A DNA stretch of 64,000 nucleotides from Amphiscolops sp. MND2022 (lineage: Eukaryota). The DNA is taken from the NCBI GenBank assembly GCA_964187785.1, contig OZ076409.1, positions 92,196,001 through 92,260,000 on the forward strand, written 5' to 3'. The notes beneath the pieces are model-generated. The model saw only the letters and a list, made by a program, of their open reading frames with translations. It did no database searches and was not told the origin of the DNA. Each line of letters opens with the position of its first letter. Position 1 is the stretch's first letter. Positions 48,540-62,400 of this stretch are shown one piece after another. Made by a program: the position numbers and the translations under genes.

Positions 48540-51500
48540 AAAATTCCGCCTCGTCTGAGGAAACCATGTATTATGCAGAATAAGTCGCAACTGTAGAAGA
48601 AGTCCATCACATTGGAAGCAAAGCTGAATTTCATAGCATCAAGATAAATGGCCATGACGTTCGAATGCAGAACGACACTGGATCTTCAGTGACCATTATT
48701 TCAACAAAAATTTGGCGGGAAATTGGCTCTCCTACCTTGAGCACTAGCCCCCGATAGATTGAAGCATATGATGGACACAGAATGTTTTATATTGGTCATC
48801 TAAAGTGTGAGATCCCTTGGGAAAAGAAAATTCATAGCTTTGACGTTGCAGTTATCGAGTCCGAGAAAGAATTCGGATTGATCGGCAGAGACGTGACCCG
48901 AGTTGATCACATTCACAACGCGTCTCTGTCTGATGTAAAAGTCTTGCCTGCAATTGAAGGAGTTAAAGCCACTATCAAACTGAAGCCTGACGCAAAACCT
49001 GTTTTCTGTCGCGCTCGAAAAGTTCCACTTGCCATGGAAGACCAGGTCAAGATTGAATTGGCGAAACTTCAGGCACAAGGAATCATTGCCCCAGTCGACC
49101 CAGGAGGTGTCATGAATGCCTCGCCTGTCGTGTGGCAAAGGAAGAAAGACGGATCTTTTCGGCTTTGTGCAGACTTCAAAGTTCATGTGAACGATAAGAT
49201 CATGACTGAAGACTACCCCCTTCCCGACATGAAAACATTATTTCACGAGCTGGAAGGATCAAAGTTTTACGTCAAGATTGACTTATCATCTGCTTATTAC
49301 CAAATAATGCTGGATGATGCAGCGCAGGAAATTTGTGTCATCAACACAACGCTGGGTCTCTTCAAGTTACTCAGACTACCTCAAGGAATGAAAAATGCAT
49401 CCGGAATGTTCCAGCGAACAATCGAGAACACTTTCAAAGGATTGGCTGGAACTATCTGTTTCCAGGACGACGTACTGGTACACGGAAGAACGAAAAGTCA
49501 ATGTGAGAAGCGTTGGAGGGCAGTTCAGGATCGCCTGAAAGACAAGGGGTTCACCATAAACGAAATCAAGTCTGGAAATGTCATGGAGAAAATCACTTTT
49601 CTCGGTTTTACAATTTCAGGAAGCGGGATTGAGCCCGATGATCGCCTTGTCAATAAAGTCAGGAAAATCCATCCGCCTCAAAGTGTTAAGGAAGTCGAAC
49701 AATTTTGTGGATTAGTCAACTTCTACGGCCGGTTCTTCTCAAACTTCACGTCGAAAATTGCCCCAATATCTGATCTGAGGAAGAAGTCGGAGGCTGAGTT
49801 CCAGTGGACCGACAAATGTCAACGTGCATTCGAAAGGCTGAAATCTGAGCTAGCATCGAAACCTGTCGTTCAGCCCTATTCTCTGAAAAAGGAAGTAACA
49901 ATCACGACTGATGCGTCTGAGAAAGCTATTGGCGGAGTCTTATCTCAAGAGGGGCACCCTGTAATTTATGTATCGAAGACATTGTCTCAAGCTGATTAAA
50001 GGTACTCTAACATTGAGCGAGAAGCCCTATCGATTGTTTTTGTGGTAAAACGCTTGAAGCAGTTTTTACTTGGCCGGAAATTCAACCTTGAAACTGATCT
50101 TCGTCCCCTGGAATTCATATTTGCTCCAAACAAGGAACTCCCAAAAACCGTATCAGTAAGAATCACAAGATGGGCAATTTCGCTTAAGGCCTTTGATTAT
50201 GAGATTAAATACAAAGAAGGTTCCTCGATTCCTCATGCTGACGCCATGATTAGGCTGAAATTCGATGAGGATGACGACGAGTGCAATCTAGTCGACTACT
50301 CAAGTTCCAATTTTGATGAGTTCTGTGTTCATTATGCCGAGCATAAACTCATTTCATTCGAAGAGTTGAGGAGTGAATGTGAACGCGATGAATTGGCGAA
50401 GCGAATTATCAGGCGGGTAATCGATGGCGATTGGAAAGCATGTACTCAAGTAGAAAGTATTTTCAAGAAAGTATCTGGTTTGCTCACAGTCGAGAACGGG
50501 CTGCTGTACAACGGAACTAGACTTTACATTCCACCAAGAATGCGAAACATCGTAATTGAACGAGCCCATGACACGCACCTTGGTGTCCAGGCGACTAAGA
50601 ACATGGTGAACCTAATGTCTTGGTGGCCTGGGGTTAGAAAAGATGTTGAAAAATTCATAAGTTCCAGCTCTGAATGTGCAAAAATCCGACCACGAACTGA
50701 GAAATCGATCGATACTTGGCCAGATGCTCAACCATGGGAGAGACTACACATGGATTGGGCTTATATTCAAGAAGTAGGCAACATTCTTATTATTGTCGAC
50801 GCTGGTTCTGGTTGGATAGAAGCGTTCATATGCGGCGATTGGCCCACGGAAAAAGTCATACATTGTCTGTCCGCCATTTTTGGGAGATTTGGGGTCCCTC
50901 ACACTTTAGTTTCCGACAATGCAAGAGAATTTATCAACGACAAAGTTGTCACGTGGTTACAGGCTCAAAGCTGCACCAAATTAGAGAGCCCAATCTACAA
51001 TCCAAGGAGTAATGGACTTGCCGAACGGGCTGTGCAGACTATAAAGAAAGCAATGAGGGCATGGAACTCGTCTCTTCGTGTCAGTTTCCATGCATTTCTG
51101 CAGCGAGTCCTGTTCACACACCGTAACAATTCTTCCGTGAGAGCGAAGACTCCCTCAGAAGTTCTGCTTGGAAGGAAAATGCGACTTCCTGCTGTCATCA
51201 ATTATACCATCGGAGAGCGCGTAGTTTTTCGTGCTGGACCTCACACTGAATCTTTTCCTGCGAGGTATGTCGTTCGGAAGGGCAATAATACAGCATGGCT
51301 CACTAAGGAAGAGTCAGACGGGTCCGAGAGAACAATTCTAGCAAGTACTAGTCAAATTGCTCCCTTTGCCAGTCCAACTACCGCTGCCCCTGATCCAGTG
51401 ACGGCTAAATCAACTACAGATGGTACTACGACCACGGGCGTGTCGGAACAAACTTCGACATGCGTTTCTATTAGAGGCCCGTCTTTGGTTGTAGAGTCTT

Positions 51501-51583
51501 CTACTACTCCCGAGATCCCGCTCAGGAGGTCTGCACGAGTCAGGAAACCGAACCCAAGATTCAACGACTTCAATTGCAAGTAG
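48540..51583 (+). pseudogene. pol: Gypsy pol (protease, RT, RNase H, integrase) with in-frame stops
   Basis: NDTGS, LPQG, FQDD, TDAS, HMDW, VSDN, SNGLAER; stops near 48581, 48755 and 49997. Confidence 0.9.
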
Positions 51584-52080
51584 CTATGAACTCTTGGAAG
51601 GGGGATGTTGTATATACTGATTTATGCCTTTATTATATATTGCTGTAATTGATTTATGTTTTATTTTAGATGTCGATGTCCCTCTGATATGTGCTTTGAT
51701 AACTGCCGTCTACAGAATACTAACCTTTATAGAAAAGTATTTTGATCAACGAGAAACACGACAAGACATAGCGGGATCGGAGATCGCAAAGCGATCGAAG
51801 TGGGAGCTGGTCTTTGCGACGGTGAGGGCGAGCGTGCATACATCGCATATGCCCCACATTATATTTTCGCTTTCAGAACACATATTAGATCATAAAGGGG
51901 TTAGACCTAAGTATTTCAGATAAAATTAGATCTGAAAGTTAGACCTAACAGTTAGATCTAATTCCATTAGAGCCAAGCAATTAGATCAAAGGCGTACATT
52001 CCTTTTCGCACCACTTCCATATCTTCCGCAGTTCGAGATGAGCGTAGAGAATATTATCGAATTAGGTCCAGTTTGTAGAA

Positions 52081-52568
52081 GGATGGGCGGAAATAGGTCG
52101 AAGGAACGGGATCGAAAATCAGAGTTAACTCCTGAGGTCGACATACCAAATTTTTGAATGGGATCGAAACAACTCGGATCGAAATTTTGATTTTTGGGGA
52201 ACAAATCGAATTGCCGCAGATAGAAGTTTCTAGAAAAGTATAAAACGTGTCTCGGATATGTCCCAATTTCCTCTAGTGCCCCGCGGCCCCCTGGGGCCGC
52301 TTATGCTCCCATCTTGCTAAGCGAGGTCGAACAGGAGCAAAGACCTAGCGGGAACGGAGATCGCGAAGCGATCGTAAAGGGAAGCTGGTCTTTGCGACGG
52401 TGAGGGCAAGCGTGCATACCCAGCATATGCCCCACATTGTGATAGTCAATCGACTTGAGGCAAACAAAGAACGTTTTCGACCGCATTCCATTCGATCCCT
52501 GCAATTCGACCGAAAAGTTCGACCTCTGTCCTTTCGATCAGAAAAATTCGACCTATTTACAGCCACCC
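52081..52568. mobile_element. Mutator-like MITE, same TIR family as 46313-46662
   Basis: same TIRs; 9-bp TSD tttgtagaa. Confidence 0.8.
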
Positions 52569-52719
52569 TTTGTAGAATACCCGCTTGTAGACGGGTAACA
52601 TATTTGAGGCCCGAAGCTAGGGTAATTTGAGGCCAGAAATTATTAAAGTTGAGGCCCGCTGAGGTTGTTTGTTCTAAAAACAAATGAGCTTGGAAATTAG
52701 TCAAGAATAGAGAGAGAGA

Positions 52720-55700
52720 GATATATAGGCTTAATTCCATCAGCAATGGATTAAAGTGAACGCAAATGTATAACTTATGCACGACAAAATGAACAAAAAC
52801 ATTTGACAAAATGTGAGCACGAATTATTCAAATTGTAAAAATCATATGTTCTGGCTAAGAGGTATTTAGATAGGGAATGTTTCAACGTTGTCAAGGACAT
52901 GTCAAACGAAGTGATTTTCAGCCGTAAGAGTTCGTTAGCAGCACGTGTTGATCGGATGAAAAAGTTGTCATCAGTAGAAATTTTGCGCGTAGAAGGAATC
53001 TGAAACAACCCGATTGAAGAGGATCGTGTTGGCAAGGAAACAGAAGGGATGTTACAATGCACACCGATAGCTCCATTACAGAGTTTCCAAAGAAAAACGA
53101 TGTCATATCTGATCAGGCAGTAACACACTGGAAGCATCTTGAGAGATTGAAGGCCTGAAACATATGAAGAGCAATTAGTTATCCAGCGAAGAACTTTCTA
53201 CTGAAACAATTCGAGTTGATGTAACATAGTTAAAGAAGGAGACCAGGCAGGGGCACCGTAAAGTAAAATAGGCAGGATAAGGGATTTGTAAAGAAGGAAT
53301 TTTCTACTACTAGACACAGAGAAGGGAATACTACGTTTGAGGAAGCCGAAAATTCTGTTGCATTTAAGAAGTTTCGATTCAACATGAGGTTTCCATGATA
53401 AAGAGCTGGATACAATAAAACCCAAATCTTCGATCTGATTGACAAATGGCAAGTATTCGGCCCCAAGCAGAAATTGTGCAGACTCATCATGGCCTCCAAA
53501 ACTGAGAGCTTTACAGTTTTCTGGGTGGAACTGGAGACCGTTAAGGTTACTCCAGTCAAGCAGTGCGTTGATGTCATCTTGCACAATCGAATTGGGAGAA
53601 GTGCTGAAAATTTTGAGATCGTCGGCGAAAAGGTAAAAAGAACAGTTCTCCACATTATCGGCAATATCGTTAACAAACAGTAGAAAAAGCAAAGGGCCAA
53701 GCACGCTGCCCTGAGGCACACCTGAAGTAACAGGTAGGGGAGAAGATAGAGTTTGATTTATTTTCAAACATTGGGAACGATTGGTTAGATAAGAGTGAAT
53801 TAGGTGAAGGAATTCCGAGTCGAATCCAAAATTGGCCAGCTTAGACAAAAGTTTGATGTGAGGTACAGAATCGAATGCTTTCCTTATATCGAAATAAACA
53901 GATACGGCAGAAGAGTTGGTGTCACGAGAAGAATAAACCGCATCCAAGTACATTATCCTTTGGCTTACTGTACTGCGCGATTTCATAAATCCATGTTGCT
54001 CGAGCTTTATTAGATGCCTTATGTTAGGGTAGATGTTATTGAACAATATCCTTTCTAGTATTAAGGAAAAAATTAGGCAAGATGCTGATGGGACGGTAGT
54101 TAGCAATATCATTATGTGCACCAGATTTGTGTAAAGGAGTAATGTGAGCTTGTTTCCAGATATCTGGCCAATGTTGGTTTTTCAAAATCCAATTAAAGAG
54201 CTCAAAGACCGGTGTGCATAATATGTTTGAACACTGGTAAAGCAGAAATGAGGGAATACCATCAGCACCCACTGCATTGGAATCATCACTACATTCCTAC
54301 AATTATCGGACATCAGACAATGATAAAGAGAGGTCACTTAGTTTGATGGTAGGCACTTCACATTGTAGAGGAGCCAAGTGGGCAACATTTTTGTTGAAGA
54401 CAGAAGCAAAGAACCTGTTGAAAGCCAAGGCTATAACAAAGTCGGTGTGAAGGGATTCATTGCCAAGAATCATGACGGACGGAATTGAAGAGTTGAATCC
54501 TAAACATCTCAGCAGCTTGAAACAATGTCGAGTTGAAGAAAGGTCAAACTGATTAACAAAATTTTCTTTATCCATTTCTATAGAATTGGAGAGAGATGTG
54601 TTGAGATCTCTAAGTTTGATAGCCAGTAGAAATGATGCGTCGTTTTCAAATTTTCTCAAGGTACTCTCTTTTTGGTTAGTAAGATGAACAGTATGTGATG
54701 AATAGAACGGGGGCAGTTTTTTTCGAATAGCACGTTTAATTTTATTTGAATTAACAAAAGAATCAACAAGAAGACTGTACCAATCGTCAGGATAGGTAAA
54801 ACTAAAAGAACTATCTCGTGACAAACAGTTGAAGAGCTGTTGAGAATTCCTATTGAACAAAATAGCGTTGAAAGAGGACTTTGAAAACAATATATGGGGA
54901 CATATTGGGACCGGAATGGAGCTGAAGTATAAATAAACAGGAAAATGGTCGGAGAAAAGCTGTTTAGACACAGAAACTGATAAATTATCAACGTTGGATA
55001 GAACAAGGTCAAGGATGTTGTTATTTTTATGAGTAGGTTCACAGACCAACTGGAAAAGATCATTTTCGATTACCATCTCAAGGAAGCGACGTTCAATGCA
55101 CGAAGAAGAGTAGTAGCTTGTCCAATCGATGGTGGGAAAATTAAAATCGCCAACAAAGTAAACAGTGTAATCAGGTCCGTAATTCAAATTGTCCGATATC
55201 AAGTTGAATTTCGTATAGTAGGCCTGAGCACAGTCCAGTAGATAATAGATGTCCACTGAATAATCCGAAGAAGCTGGCGGATTATAAATGAACACAAAGA
55301 AGGATAATTTATCACATAGGACAGCGCAACATATAGCAAAATCAAATCTAGGAATGGTAAAATCAATAATTCTCAGAGATGTATTGCACGATTGCGCAAT
55401 CAAGAGACCGCTATGTTGACTCAATAGAAAAAGCAATTCAGCCACAATTGTTTAGTTGTGGCAAACTGCTCATGTGTAATTAGACGCTCTATGGTGACGC
55501 CTTCTTAGAAGCCGGAGGAAACAATTTAACGATTCTCTTCATCAGAAACGCAATTTATTTTGGCGTCATTGAGAGTGTGCTAGAACCTTTAAATCCGCTT
55601 ATCAATTTTGCTTCTATTTCTCGATAACTACACCTTGAAAGCGGGAAGCTGTATAAAACTGATCAATTTCTTCAGAGAAACATTCTGTAATCAGATTTCA

Positions 55701-55790
55701 AATGAATGACTATACTATCGAAGCGAATAAAAAAGGACACTTTTATACGTCCACGAAAGTTTCATTCATGCGAAAAAATTCGGACACAAA
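52720..55790 (-). mobile_element. decayed CR1/L2-group LINE (EN + RT)
   Basis: GDFN, LDLV, SDH, YRPIS, KAFDSV, GVPQGSVLGPLLF, FADD; (ga)n at 3' end. Confidence 0.85.
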
Positions 55791-55799
55791 GACACATTA

Positions 55800-58700
55800 T
55801 AGAATAGAATAGAATAGATGTTTCACAATCTAAGGCCGAAGCCTTTGGTGATTGGCTCATTGCTGTTTGGGTTCCCCTTCCATCGTCATTTCGTATTTCA
55901 AACTTCTCCAAGTGTTGTCCAATTTCGCTTTAAAAACGTCAAGGGTTCCTGCCGACGTGACATCATCTGGCAGGCTATTCCAGTCATTGGCTGGTCTTAC
56001 AGTGAAAAAATTTCCTCTTGTTGATGTTCTCGATGGCAGCACCACAAGTTTTCTTTGATTTCCTCTTGTGATTCTGTTTTTTTTCCATCAGCATCCCTCC
56101 AGTGACTCTCTTATCATACACTCCATTGAGTATCTTGCAAACTTCAATCATCCTACCCCGTTTCCTCCTGAAGTCCAGGGTGGGTAGGTCTAGTTTCAAT
56201 AATCTTTGTTCATAAGGGAGAGATGCGAGAGAAGGGATGAGTCTTGTCGCTCGTCTCTGGGCATTTTCGAGGTTACTTCTGTGTTTTTGGAAATGTGGAT
56301 GCCATGCTTGGTTACAATATTCCAAATGGGGTCTGAGAAGCGTCTTAATTAGTACACTCAGTGACTGGCAGTTCAGTTTCATGAAACATTTTTTGATAAT
56401 AGCAAGCATTGAATCCGCCTTCTTTATTTTTTCAGCAAAATGCAAGTCAAAATTTAGCTTGTTATCAGTTAGTACACCCAAGTCTTTTTCACATCTAATA
56501 TTTTCCAACATATTTGTTGTGTTCATAAAGTAATGTCTCTCAGTGGAATCTTTCTTTGTTGTGAAGGTCATTTTCACGCATTTTTTCTCATTGAATTGAA
56601 GTAAACTGCTACTCGACCAGCTTCCCAGCTTTCGGAGGTCATCTTGGAGTATTTTCTGATCTGCGTCTGAGTGTATTTCCCTGCAGAGCTTCGCGTCATC
56701 GTCAAACAGTTAAAGTTCTGACTCCACAGCTTCCAGCATAGAATTTATGTAGATCGTGAACAACACTGGACCTAATAGTGATCCTTGATGTATCCCGCTT
56801 GTAACATTCTGTCAGGTTGAGAATGTGCCATTGACTACTACCCTCTGTTGTCTCCCGGAGAGGAAAGCTTTTATCCAGTTCAGAGTTTTTCCATTAACCC
56901 CATTTTGTTCGAGAATAGCTATGAGTCTTCTGTGTGGGACGCTGTCAAACGCTTTCCGAAAATCGAGGTACACTACATCTACTTCAACCTTATTGTCCAA
57001 TGCCAAAGTCCACTGATCAAATATTTTCAGAAGTTGGAGAAGCGTTGATCTTTTTGACAAGAAGCCACATTGTTTATCACTCAAGATGTCATTATCTGTG
57101 AGAAATGTCATTATTCTCTTTCTGATAATTCCTTCCATTAGTTTGCAGGGGATTGAGGTCAGGCTCACTGGACGATAGTTGGTTGCCTCTGATTTATTCC
57201 CTGATTTGAAAATCGGCACTCTGTTAGCCCGCAACCAGTCATCGGGTAGTATTGCAGTATTCCAGGATTCCGTCATGATTTGAGATAGGAGCGGTGCTAT
57301 TTCAGACCCTATTTCTTTCAGTAGCCTTGGGGAGATGTTGTCCACTCCAGCAGATTTTGCTGTGTTAAGGGCATTAATTTCTTCAAGCACCTCTTTTTCA
57401 GTGAAAGTTATGTTATCTACCATACATTTGTGCGTGGTGTTTATTTGCCAGAGTCCGGGTCCTTCATTTACAAAAACGGATTCGAAAAACAACGAGAGTT
57501 CTTCTGCTTTCTCCAAATCCGTTTGTGTGAAGCTTCCATCTTCTCGTCTGATTGCTGGAATCGTCTCTCTTTGTTTTGTTTTTTGGCTAACATAACTCCA
57601 AAATTTTGTGGGATTGGACTTTAGGTTATTTGTTATTTCCTGTTCCATTTCGTGGGCAAGATTTCTGGTTTCTTTCCTCAACAAATTCCTGCTTGCTTTG
57701 TACTTTTTGTGATCGTCGGGGGATTTGCTGGTAACAAAATTCTTCCAGAGTCGTTTTTTTTTCTCACTAGCTCCAGGATGTCCCTGTTAGCGGTATATCG
57801 TCTATTTTTGTTCGACTTAATGCTCAATTCCGGGATGAATTTTTTCACAGCTTCAGTGATTCTGCTTTTTAGGAAAAGCCGTTTTTCATTGACATCTAGC
57901 TCATCCGGGATGGTTGTTCCTCTCAAGAATGATCTCATCGCGTCGAAGTTTGCTTTTCTGAAGTTGAGACGTTTCTTCACATAAGAGACTACCTCGAACG
58001 AGATATTCACCTGCAGTAGTGCATGGTCACTATCACCGAGTGGCGGTAAGTGTTCCACAGGTGTTGATGTGTCTGAGATGACTAAATCAACTAGTGATTG
58101 TTTATCGTCGCCCCGGATACGTGTTGGTCTGTTGGTGTGCTGTGTCAGGTAAGAATCAGCTAAAGCATCACGAAAGTTGTTCTCCTTGCTTCCTACTACC
58201 GTGTTAGAGATGGTGGATTCCAAATCCTGATAAAGTCGTTGATCATGATATTATTTTCGGTAGAGGAGTTTGGACTACGGTAAACAGATGCCAGGAACAA
58301 TGTTTCCATTTGTAGTTTGATAGTGACATAGAGTAACTCGTCAATTTTGCTGCTCGTGTCAATGGGGCGGTAGTGAAGATCTTCTCTCAAAAAGAGTAAC
58401 ATTCCTCTCCCTTTGTCTGTGAGTTTCATGTTTAGGGGTTCCATGTTGTACGATGGGATCTGGACTGTTACAGGATTGAAGTCTGTTTTCGAGTATTTTG
58501 GTTTAGCCTCAGAGATAGCAATAACATTCTTTTCCTTGTTTCATTGCGTTCTCTGTTTGACTTTTATAAAGGTTGTACCTCGGACGATGTGCATGACATC
58601 TCCAGTCTCTTGTTCGGTTAAGTTTCATGCCCGCTGGATCAAATTTCTGACTTCTTCTCTTTCATTGAACGATCCGGGCTGATTCTAAGATTCCGTAATT

Positions 58701-58905
58701 CATCTGGTGCATTCTTCACCTTTCGCAGGTTTTTCATAACAGTTTCCACCTCGCTGCTATTGTTATGTGTAACCATTAGCGGCCGGTGATGTTCAGTCAA
58801 CGGTCAACGGTCATCAACGTCTTTTTCTTGCGAAGTGTCCGTCTTTTTGCCGAGAGGAGTTGTCTTCTCAACAACATCATAGCTAAGCATCAACTCCTCT
58901 AGGAA
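55800..58905 (-). mobile_element. decayed CR1-like LINE, copy 1 (5' truncated)
   Basis: RT/EN fragments; (ttcta)n 3' tail at 55800-55818. Confidence 0.85.
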
Positions 58906-59444
58906 TTTCAACCTATTTACAGCCACCCTTTGTAGAATACCCGCTTGTAGACGGGTAACATATTTGAGGCCCGAAGCTAAGGTAATTTGAGGCCAGAAAA
59001 TATTAAAATTGAGGCCCGCTGAGTTTGTTTGTTCTGTAAACAACAAATGTGCTTGGAAATTAGTCAAGAACAGAAAAAGCAATTCAACCGCAATTCAGTA
59101 GTTGCGGCAAACTGCTTATGTGTAATTAGAGGCTATATGGTGACGCCTTATTAGACGCCGGAGGAAACAATTTAACGATTCTCTTCATCAGAAACGCAAT
59201 TTGTTTTGGCGTCATTGAGAGTGTGCTGGAACCTTTAAATCCACTTATCAATTTCGCTTCTACTTCTCGATAACTACACCTTGAAAGCGGGAAGCTGTAT
59301 CAAACTGATCAATTTCTTCAAAGAAATATTCTGTAATCAGATTTCAAATGAATGACTATACTATCGAAGCGAATAAAAAAGGATACTTTTATACGTCCAC
59401 GAAAGTTTCATTTATGCGAAAAAATTCGGACACAAAGAACTATT

Positions 59445-62400
59445 ATAGAATAGAATAGAATAGATGTTTCACAATCTAAGGCCTAAGCCTTTGGTGATTG
59501 GCTCATTGCTGTTTGGGTTCCCCTTCCATCGTCATTTCGTATTTCAAATTTCTCGAAGTGTTGTCCAATTTCGCTTTAAAAATGTCAAGGGTTCCTGCCG
59601 ACGTGACATCATCTGGCAGGCTATTCCAGTCATTGGCTGCTCTTGCAGTGAAAAAATTTCCTGTTGTTGAAGTTCTCGATGGCTGCACCACAAGTTTTCT
59701 TTGATTTCCTCTTGTGATTCTGTTTTTTCCATCAGCATCCCTCCAGTGACTCTCTTATCATACACTCCATTGAGTATCTTGTAAACTTCAATCATCCTAC
59801 CCCGTTTCTTCCTGAAGTCCAGGGTAGGTAGGTCTAGTTTCATTAATCTTTGTTCATAAGGGAGAGATGCGAGAGAAGGGATGAGTCTTGTCGCTCGTCT
59901 CTGGGCATTTTCGAGGTTACTTCTGTGTTTTTGGAAATGTGGACGCCATGCTTGGTTACAATATTCCAAGTGGGGTCTGAGAAGCGTCTTAATTAGTACA
60001 CTCAGTGACTGGCAGTTCAGTTTCATTAACCATTTTTTGATAATAGCAAGCATTGAATCCGCCTTCTTTATTTTTTCAGCAAAATGCAAGTCAAAATTTA
60101 GCTTGTTATCAGTTAGTACACCCAAGTCTTTTTCACATCTAATATTTTCCAACATATTTGTTGTGTTCATAAAGTAATGTCTCTCAGTGGAGTCTTTCTT
60201 TGTTGTGAGGGTCATTTTCACGCATTTTCCTCATTGAATTGAAGTAAACTGCTACTCGACCAGCTTCCCAGCTTTCGGAGGTCATCTTGGAGTATTTTCT
60301 GATTTGCGTCTGAGTGTATTCCCCTGCAGAGCTTCGCGTCATCGTCAAACAGGTAAAGTTCTGACTCCACAGCTTCCAGCATAGAATTTATGTAGATCGT
60401 GAACAACACTGGACCTAATAGTGATCCTTGAGGTATCCCGCTTGTAACATTCTGTCAGGTTGAGAATGTGCCATTGACTACTACCCTCTGTTGTCTCCCG
60501 GAGAGGAAAGCTTTTATCCAGTTCAGAGTTTTTCCATTAACCCATTTTTGTTCGAGAATAGCTATGAGTCTTCTGTGTGGGACGCTGTCAAACGCTTTCC
60601 GAAAATCGAGGTACACTACATCTACTTCAACCTTATTGTCCAATGCCAAAGACCACTGATCAAATAAGTTCAGAAGTTGGAGAAGCGTTGATCTTTTTGA
60701 CAAGAAGCCACATTGTTTATCACTCAAGATGTCATTATCTGTGAGAAATGTCATTATTCTCTTTCTGATAATTCTTTCCATTAGTTTGCAGGGGATTGAG
60801 GTCAGGCTCACTGGACGATAGTTGGTTGCCTCTGATTTATTCCCTGATTTGAAAATCGGCACTATGTTAGCCCGCAACCAGTCATCGGGTAGTATTGCAG
60901 TATTCCAGGATTCCGTCATGATTTGAGATAGGAGCGGTGCTATTTCAGACCCTATTTCTTTCAGTAGCCTTGGGGAGATGTTGTCCATTCCAGCAGATTT
61001 TGCTGTTTTAAGGGCATTAATTTCTTCAAGCACCTCTTTTTTAGTGAAAGTTCTGTTATCTTCCATACATTTGTGCGTGGTGTTTATTTGCCAGAGTCCG
61101 GGTCCTTCATTTACAAAAACGGATTCGAAAAACAACGAGAGTTCTTCTGCTTTCTCCAAATCCGTTTGTGTGAAGCTTCCATCTTCTCGTCTGATTGCTG
61201 GAATCGTCTCTCTTTGTTTTGTTTTTTGGCTAAAATAACTTCAAAATTTTGTGGGATTGGACTTTAGGTTATTTGTTATTTCCTGTTCCATTTCTTGGGC
61301 AAGATTTCTGGTTTCTTTCCTCAACAAATTTCTGCTTGCTTTGTACTTTTTGTGATCGTCGGGGGATTTGCTGGTAACAAAATTCTTCCAGAGTCGTTTT
61401 TTCTTTCTCACTAGCTCTAGGATGTCCCTGTTAGCGGTATATCGTCTATTTTTGTTCGACTTAATGCTCAATTCCGGGATGAATTTTTTCACAGCTTCAG
61501 TGATTTTGCTTTTTAGGAAAAACCATTTCTCATTGACATCTAGCTCATCCGGGATGGTTGTTCCTCTCAAGAATGATCTCATCGCGTCGAAGTTTGCTTT
61601 TCTGAAGTTGAGACGTTTCTTCAAAAAAGAGACTACCTCGAACGACACTTTCACCTGCAGTAGTGCATGATCACTATCACCGAGTGGCGGTAAGTGTTCA
61701 ATCTCTTCCACAGGTGTTGATGTGTCTGAGATGACTAAATCAACTAGTGATGGTTTTTCGTCGCCCCGGATACGTGTTGGTCTGTTGGTGTGCTGTGTCA
61801 GATAAGAATCAGCTAAAGCATCAAGAAAGTTGTTCTCCTTGCTTCCTACTACTGTGTTAGAGGTGTTGGATTCCCAATCCTGATAAAGTAGTTGATCATG
61901 ATATTATTTTCGGTAGAGGTGTTTGGACTACGGTAAACAGATGCCAGGAACAATGTTTCCATTTGTAGTTTGATAGAGACATAGAGTAACTCGTCAATTT
62001 TGCTGCTTGTGTCAATGGGGCGGTAGTGAAGATCATCTCTCAAAAAGAGTAACATTCCTCTCCCTTTGTCTGTGAGTTTCATGTTTAGGGGTTCCATGTT
62101 GTACGATGGGATCTGTACTGTTACAGGATTGAAGTCTGTTTTCGAGTATTTTGGTTTAGCCTCAGAGATAGCAATAACATGCTTTTCCTTGTTTCATTGC
62201 GTTCTCTTTTTGACTTTTATAATGGTTGTTCCTCGGACGATGTGCATGAAATCTCCAGTCTCTTGTTCGGTTAGGTTTTTTGCCCGCTGGATCAAATTTC
62301 TGACTTCTTCTCTTTCTTTCATTGAACGATCCGGACTGATTCTAAGATTCCGTAATTCATCTGGTGCATTCTTCAACTTTCGCAGGTTTTTCATAACAGT

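Larger units (their letters stand above)
46709..51763 (+). mobile_element. Ty3/Gypsy LTR retrotransposon, full length but decayed
   Basis: LTRs 46709-46871 and 51606-51763 (TG...CA); PBS-like tggtgtcc at 46874; PPT ggaagggggga; TSD agacc/agaca. Confidence 0.95.
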
